64,000 bases of DNA, from assembly GCA_963767925.1 (NCBI GenBank), contig CAVYGB010000010.1, positions 1,472,001 to 1,536,000 of the forward strand, written 5' to 3'. Made by a program: the position numbers and the translations under genes. Shown here piece by piece: positions 58,892-64,000 of the stretch. Below the pieces are notes generated by a model. That model saw only the letters and a list, made by a program, of their open reading frames with translations, was not told the DNA's origin and searched no databases. Source of the DNA: an uncultured delta proteobacterium (GTDB lineage Bacteria; Myxococcota_A; Polyangia; Fen-1088). Within the stretch, counting starts at the first letter, position 1; every line of letters starts with the position of its first letter.

Positions 58892-59581
58892 TCACGGCGA
58901 CGCCCGGCTGCAGTGCAGGGTGTTGGAGTTGGCGTCGTCGATGTTCTTGCCAGTGTCCGCGCATTCGACCTCCACGAAGGTGTCGGGGGCCACCCCCCGC
59001 GGGAAGAACGTCAGCTCGACGGTGGCGTTGTTGCGCCCGTCGGGGGCCACGCAGCGCGAGCGGATGACGACCGCCCCGTTCGTGTCGGTGAGGAAGTTGC
59101 CCCGCCGGATGTCGGCGGTGTCGTTCCGGACCCACACCGTGTAGTTGCCCATCTGCAGGGCGGTGTTCTCCCCGGTGCGCCCGAAGGAGGAGGGCGGGTA
59201 GCCGATCTCGACCAGCGGACCGGTGCCGTCGTTGAGCACCGACCCCACCCCGACGGGCTGCCCCTTGGCGTCCAGGGTCTCGGGCACGTCGTCGACGCCC
59301 ACCCCCCGCGAGGGCAGGAGGCGGGACAGGAAGCCGTTGACGTCGTCGGCGGGGGCCAGGTTCAGGTAGGCCCGGGCCCGCTCGAGCCCGGCCTGGGCGC
59401 AATACAGGGCCTGCACCCGCAGGTTGATGTTCGAGGCGACGTTGATGTTGCCGCCGGTCATGCGCATCGAGAGCATCCCCACCGAGAGCAGGGTCATCAT
59501 GACCAGCAGCACCACCACCAGCACGGCGCCCCGCTCGCGGGGAGCCCGCCGCGCCTGGTGGCGATGACGGAGGGTACTCAT
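58892..59581 (-). CDS. pilX: PilX-like minor pilin
   Basis: RERG/AVLVVVLLVMM..., QALYCAQAGLERA; ATGA overlap with pilY1. Confidence 0.85.
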   Translation of the reverse strand: MSTLRHRHQARRAPRERGAVLVVVLLVMMTLLSVGMLSMRMTGGNINVASNINLRVQALYCAQAGLERARAYLNLAPADDVNGFLSRLLPSRGVGVDDVPETLDAKGQPVGVGSVLNDGTGPLVEIGYPPSSFGRTGENTALQMGNYTVWVRNDTADIRRGNFLTDTNGAVVIRSRCVAPDGRNNATVELTFFPRGVAPDTFVEVECADTGKNIDDANSNTLHCSRASP

Positions 59582-62500
59582 GGAACCTCGCTCCAGCCGC
59601 CCATCTGAAAGATGTCGCCGTCGACGTGGCCGGAGGGCTTGGCCCGCACGACGTTGGTGGTGACGCTGCCGTCGATGACCACCGGCCCCTTCGAGGAGGA
59701 GACCATCAGCTTGCCGCCGACCACCACCGGGCTGAGCACCGGCTCGTCGGCCACCTTGACCGCCTGCTTGAGGCGGGGCTCGGCGCCCGAGAACTCGTGC
59801 ACCATGATGTAAGTGGTCCCCTTGCCGCAGCCGTTGGTGGCCGGGGTGTACCAGTTCGACATCACGAAGAACCCGGTTCCGTCCGACTTCGTGACGGCGG
59901 TGGGGGTGCTGAGCGGGCGGGTGTTGGCCGGCAGGGGGGTGAGGCAGGTCTGGCCGGTGGCGTCGGTGACGCCGCACATGAGGGCGGTGTTGTCGGTCGA
60001 CAGCACCACGAAGCCGTCGTCGCCGAAGGTGGTGTCCAGGCGGGGCCGACCCGAGGAGTTGCTCTCCTTGAGGACGATCATCTTCGAGGGCCCGTAGCCG
60101 ATGGTGTCGTCGTCGAGGGCGGAGTTCGTCACCTGGACCAGGTAGGCGTCGCCGCCCTGGGGGTTGTTGGGGTTGTCGGCGTCGAGCTGCACCACCGTGG
60201 GGGAGAAGTAGATGGGCTGCTGGCAGCCCAGGTCGGTGATGAGCTCGGAGTCGGGGCCGTAGCGCCACAGCTTGCCCCAGGTGTCACCCACGTAGGCGGT
60301 GAGGAACTCCTTGCGGCCGTCCATCAGGCCGTCGCTGTTCTTGAACTGCTTGCGGCTGGTGGCCACGTCGGCGATGAGGGTGTACTCCTGCGGGCAGGAG
60401 CCGCTGCCGGGCAGCACCTCCTCGTCCATGACCGCCCCCGTGCGCACCGAGACCGAGAGGAAGGTGCGCCCCTGGGTGGTCGAGTTCTTGTCCACCGGGT
60501 AGCCGGAGGCGAGCAGCAGGCGGTAGTCGTCCTGGCCGTCGGTGCGGTGGAAGGTGAAGGCCGGCACCGACACGGTGAGCCCGAGGGCCCGGTCGTAGGC
60601 GGCGGGCCAGCCCTGGGCGATGGACGACCAGTAGATCTTGGGGGTCAACGTGGGGGTGGTCACGTCGAGCATGAACACCTCGTTGCCACCCCAGCCCTGG
60701 GTCACGACCAGCAGCGTCTTCCAGACCGCGTCGGTGTCGTTGTCGCAGTTGCTCACGCAGAGGTTCTTGATCTTCGGGGAGTTGGCCAGACCGCCATAGA
60801 TGTGCTTCTTGGGGTCGGCGAGCTGACCGCCCTGGGCGAACAGCTTGGTCACCATCGACATCATGTTGGGGGGCAGGAAGGCGAAGGCCTCGGTGCCGCC
60901 CTCGTAGGTCGTGCCGCTGACGGTGACCGTGCGGGTGTAAAAGGCGTGCAACATGCCGTCGTTGGAGCCCACGTAGGTGATGTTGGGCCGCTCCTTCTGG
61001 GCGAGGTTGAACTTGCTCTGACCGGGCAAGGGCCCGGTGATGGGCGGCCCCACGTCGATGGGGGTCGAGTTGATGATGGCCCCCAGCACGGCCGGGTTCT
61101 TGAGGGCGGGATCCCCCAGCATCCAGCGGGCGATGCGCTCGGCCTCCTCGGCGCTGCCGCCCAGGCCCATCTGGTACAAGACGTCCCGGTTGCGGATGGC
61201 CCCCGTGCTCTGGTCGACGTCGATGCGGATCATCGTGTTGTCGGGGGCGGCGGTGTAGATCCTGCGCTTCTTCCAGTCGCCCGCCTCCAGCTTGGTGGCG
61301 GCGTCCCACTTGAGCACCGGGCTGATGCCGCTCACGTCGTAGGCGATGAGGTGGCCGCGCCAGGAGGGGAAGTCGACGCGGGAGTCGAGCACGTAGCTGC
61401 CGCTGGCGTAGGTGGTCCCCTGCTGCGACCCCTGCGAGGCGGTCGACGGCGAGGTGGCGTAGCTGCCCTCGACCGCCGAGTAGATGGCGTCCTGGATGGC
61501 CTGGGTGAGGGCCTTCTCGCTGGTGGCGGCGTAGGCGTAGGGCGACTTGTCGTCGTTGCCCACGTCGGTGCCGCCCGCCTTGGCGATGTTGTCGTTGGCC
61601 TTGAAGCCCGAGCCGGCGGCGGCGTCGGTGGCGAAGCCGACCACCAGGGTCTTGACCCCCAGGTTCTTGCGCATGCTGTAGGCCGCCAGGACCGCCCGGC
61701 ACCCGCAGCCGGCGGCCACCGGATCGGCGTTGGCGCAGGCGGTGCTGCCGCAGTTCGTGTCGCCGGGGCCGTTGGCCTCACCGTCGGTGACCAGCAGGAC
61801 GAAGTTCAGCCGGCATTGCAGGCTGTCGGCCGCCTTGACGTCTTGCATGTAGTGGTAGGCGCTGTGGTTCTTGTCGGGGGAGTTCGGGTTGAGCAGCGAG
61901 CAGCCGGTCGGCGTGCCGTTGTAGGTGACGAGGCCGCCACCGTCGGCCGGCTCGAGCGCCTGGTTGAAGGCCGTGATGGTGGCGTTGAGGTTGGCCGGGG
62001 TGTCATTGGTGGTCAGGAAGGGGGCCAGCCGCGTGTCCCAGGTGCCGCCACAGCTCGCGCTGCAGCTCGAGCTGCAGCTCGCCGTCGTGATGGGCGGCGT
62101 GGTGGTGGTGCCGCTGGGGGGGTTGTAGTAGTCGGGGCGCGAGTCGTAGTAGCGATAGATGTTGCCGCTCTCGGTGAACACCTTGCCCCGGTAGGTGCTG
62201 AAACGGGTGAGCTCGTTCTTGGTCCCCGTGATGTCGGTGTACTGGTAGTAGGCCCCCTTGAAGACGCCCGTGCCAAAGCCGGAGATGTTGCAGAACGGGC
62301 CGCAGAAGGCGGCGTCGACGTATTTGTCCGTCGTGCTGCCGTGGCCCTGGACGAGGTACTGGGCGTTGAGCGTCGAGCGGAGGGCCAGGGTCTGGCCGTT
62401 GAGGGTGCAGGTGCTGGCCAGCCCGCTCGTGCCGGCGTTCTTGTCGTAGCAATCGCGGGCATCGAGCGTGCCCTCGGGCACGAGGACCGACTTGGTCGTG

Positions 62501-63735
62501 CTGGTGGTGTTGGTGAGCCGGTAGTAGGGGAAGTAGCCCGACTGATAGAAGGTCATGAGCCCCAGGTTCACCACGTTCGCGTTGGCCGAGACGATGTTGC
62601 GCATGACCCGCTTGGCGATGGTGGTGCGCGAGCTGGCCGGACCGCAGGAGTCGCCGCTGATGTTGCAGTCGCCGTCGTCGTTGCAGATGTTCTGCCCCGT
62701 CCGGCACATACGGGAGGCGGTCGCCGTGGCGGGCGCGTTGCAGAGGTCTCCGTCGGCGCCGGGCTGGCATCGGTTGATGACGACGCCGGTGCAGGGATTG
62801 GCCTTCGGGACGCAGGTGTTCCGGTCCTCACACTTGTTGTCGGTGTAGCGGATCGTGCAGACCTGCCGGGGCAACATGCAGGTGTTGGTGGGCGAGGCGC
62901 ACGAGCGGCTAGAGGTGTTGCAGGAGTCGTTTTTCTTCTGCTTGCAGTCGTTGTTCGTCGTGCACTTGGTGCCATTCTTTACGCACACGCCGGGGCACCC
63001 GCTGGAGCTCGTGCAGGTCTTCGTCGAGTCGTAGTTGCAGACCTTCGGGCGCGTCGGGCAGTTCGAGTTGGTGCTGCAGCCGCCGGAGGGGGTGCTGAGG
63101 AAGGCGCAGGTGCCGCCCGAGGTGGCGTAGGGGCACTCCTCCGCGGTGGCGCAGGTGGTGCTGTTGTTGGCGCAGATGCCGGGGTCGCAGTCGGCGTCGG
63201 CGGCGCAGGCGATGTCGGTGCGCTTGCAGCGGAGCTGCTGGGTGCACTTGCTGCTGAGGCTGCAGGCCGCGCTGGTGGCGGCGCAGTTGCCGCTGGTCTG
63301 ATCCGGGCAGTCGCTGTCGGAAAAGCAAGCGTGGCCGGTGGCGCAGCTGCCGGCGATGGGCTGGCAGTCGCTGTCCGTCGCGCAGGAGGCAAAGCCGCTC
63401 TTGCAGGTGTTCGACCGGCAATGCAGGTCGGTGGCGCAGGACTTGGCGGCGGTGGCGCACACGCCGATCGAGAGACCACCCCGGCACATGAGGCCCTCGT
63501 CGCAGTCGACGCCCACCTCCTTGTCGGTGTCGAAGGTGCCGCCCGGCACGCCGGTCATCGAGCCGGAGGTGTCGAACAGGATCAGCATGTTCGGCTTGTG
63601 GATCTGCCGAACGATCATGTTGAGGGGGTCCATGCGGGCGTATGTCGTCCGGGGTGCCACCGTGGGGAGGAGGTGGGCAAGGAAGAGCGCCGCCATCACC
63701 TTGGCGCTCGTCCGCGGACGTCTTGCGAAGCTCAT
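59578..63735 (-). CDS. pilY1: PilY1/PilC type IV pilus tip adhesin with vWA, Cys-rich insert and beta-propeller
   Basis: PNMLILFDTSGSM, NFVLLVTDGE, WRGHLIAY, LGAIINSTP, YVGSNDGMLHAF, EAFAFLP, YVGDTWGKLWR. Confidence 0.9.
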   Translation of the reverse strand: MSFARRPRTSAKVMAALFLAHLLPTVAPRTTYARMDPLNMIVRQIHKPNMLILFDTSGSMTGVPGGTFDTDKEVGVDCDEGLMCRGGLSIGVCATAAKSCATDLHCRSNTCKSGFASCATDSDCQPIAGSCATGHACFSDSDCPDQTSGNCAATSAACSLSSKCTQQLRCKRTDIACAADADCDPGICANNSTTCATAEECPYATSGGTCAFLSTPSGGCSTNSNCPTRPKVCNYDSTKTCTSSSGCPGVCVKNGTKCTTNNDCKQKKNDSCNTSSRSCASPTNTCMLPRQVCTIRYTDNKCEDRNTCVPKANPCTGVVINRCQPGADGDLCNAPATATASRMCRTGQNICNDDGDCNISGDSCGPASSRTTIAKRVMRNIVSANANVVNLGLMTFYQSGYFPYYRLTNTTSTTKSVLVPEGTLDARDCYDKNAGTSGLASTCTLNGQTLALRSTLNAQYLVQGHGSTTDKYVDAAFCGPFCNISGFGTGVFKGAYYQYTDITGTKNELTRFSTYRGKVFTESGNIYRYYDSRPDYYNPPSGTTTTPPITTASCSSSCSASCGGTWDTRLAPFLTTNDTPANLNATITAFNQALEPADGGGLVTYNGTPTGCSLLNPNSPDKNHSAYHYMQDVKAADSLQCRLNFVLLVTDGEANGPGDTNCGSTACANADPVAAGCGCRAVLAAYSMRKNLGVKTLVVGFATDAAAGSGFKANDNIAKAGGTDVGNDDKSPYAYAATSEKALTQAIQDAIYSAVEGSYATSPSTASQGSQQGTTYASGSYVLDSRVDFPSWRGHLIAYDVSGISPVLKWDAATKLEAGDWKKRRIYTAAPDNTMIRIDVDQSTGAIRNRDVLYQMGLGGSAEEAERIARWMLGDPALKNPAVLGAIINSTPIDVGPPITGPLPGQSKFNLAQKERPNITYVGSNDGMLHAFYTRTVTVSGTTYEGGTEAFAFLPPNMMSMVTKLFAQGGQLADPKKHIYGGLANSPKIKNLCVSNCDNDTDAVWKTLLVVTQGWGGNEVFMLDVTTPTLTPKIYWSSIAQGWPAAYDRALGLTVSVPAFTFHRTDGQDDYRLLLASGYPVDKNSTTQGRTFLSVSVRTGAVMDEEVLPGSGSCPQEYTLIADVATSRKQFKNSDGLMDGRKEFLTAYVGDTWGKLWRYGPDSELITDLGCQQPIYFSPTVVQLDADNPNNPQGGDAYLVQVTNSALDDDTIGYGPSKMIVLKESNSSGRPRLDTTFGDDGFVVLSTDNTALMCGVTDATGQTCLTPLPANTRPLSTPTAVTKSDGTGFFVMSNWYTPATNGCGKGTTYIMVHEFSGAEPRLKQAVKVADEPVLSPVVVGGKLMVSSSKGPVVIDGSVTTNVVRAKPSGHVDGDIFQMGGWSEVP

Positions 63736-63747
63736 GGGGGTCGCTTC

Positions 63748-63763
63748 ATCAATGAACGTGCCA
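63748..63763 (-). promoter_or_regulatory. Putative sigma54 promoter for pilY1
   Basis: TGGCACGTTCATTGAT: consensus -24, variant -12 (GA instead of GC). Confidence 0.5.
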
Positions 63764-63914
63764 GGGGTCCCCTGGCGCAGTCCTCCGGTGGCATTCGGCG
63801 CCCCGCCGGGGCGGGTGTCCCCGCCCCTTCAGAGAAAAGTCGGTGGCGACGATGTAAATGGTGATGTCTATCAGGACAGTAACTTACCTCACGAAAAATT
63901 CGTAAAAAGTATCC

Positions 63915-64000
63915 ATGGGGAAAAAAGGTGCTGAAAACTTTGCGGAGCTGACGGCGCCGCGAAGGCTCCGCGACGCGGGCCTCACCCTCACCGAGCTCAT
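63915..64000 (+). CDS. Prepilin N-terminus (runs off the window end)
   Basis: MGKKGAENFAELTAPRRLRDAG/LTLTEL..., class III signal peptide with Glu at +5. Confidence 0.75.
   Translation, partial: MGKKGAENFAELTAPRRLRDAGLTLTEL

Noticed and set aside
59626..63864. 1412-aa plus-strand ORF
   Set aside because: Antisense shadow of pilY1.

Overview
Very GC-rich bacterial DNA, most consistent with Myxococcota. This taxonomy is an inference from the many lipoproteins with Pro/Gly linkers, Ser/Thr kinases, CotH, a sigma54 activator and a PilY1/minor pilin locus. About 50 genes can be supported. In order: a MoxR/DUF58/DUF4350/DUF4129/RDD/SpoIIM cluster; MFS transporter; sigma54 response regulator; PVC-type CxxCH dehydrogenase; CotH lipoprotein; LysR and DoxX; PHP phosphatase; an ECF sigma-Ser/Thr kinase pair with an STTA motif; cupin; spherulin-4; TetR plus rifamycin phosphotransferase; a decayed HipA-like/HIRAN pair; vapBC; M48 peptidase; methyltransferase, STAND-like ATPase regulator and secreted protein; lipoproteins; a second kinase; a lactonase-PQQ dehydrogenase fusion; ECF42; a frameshifted di-heme cytochrome c; ABC-F; SDR; and pilX-pilY1 with a divergent prepilin. 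I saw no rRNA, tRNA, CRISPR array or transposase. The strongest novel-looking signals are: (1) three copies of a TCGTAC-N6-GTACGA palindrome linking the TetR to rph; (2) a shared 25-bp box upstream of both genes flanking the ATPase regulator; (3) a PilY1 Cys-rich insert whose pattern of nine three-Cys units followed by nine single Cys suggests a nested disulfide stalk; (4) a shared GTTGA-N-CCCATCT promoter upstream of two stress-type genes. All family assignments are by eye; no database search was run.
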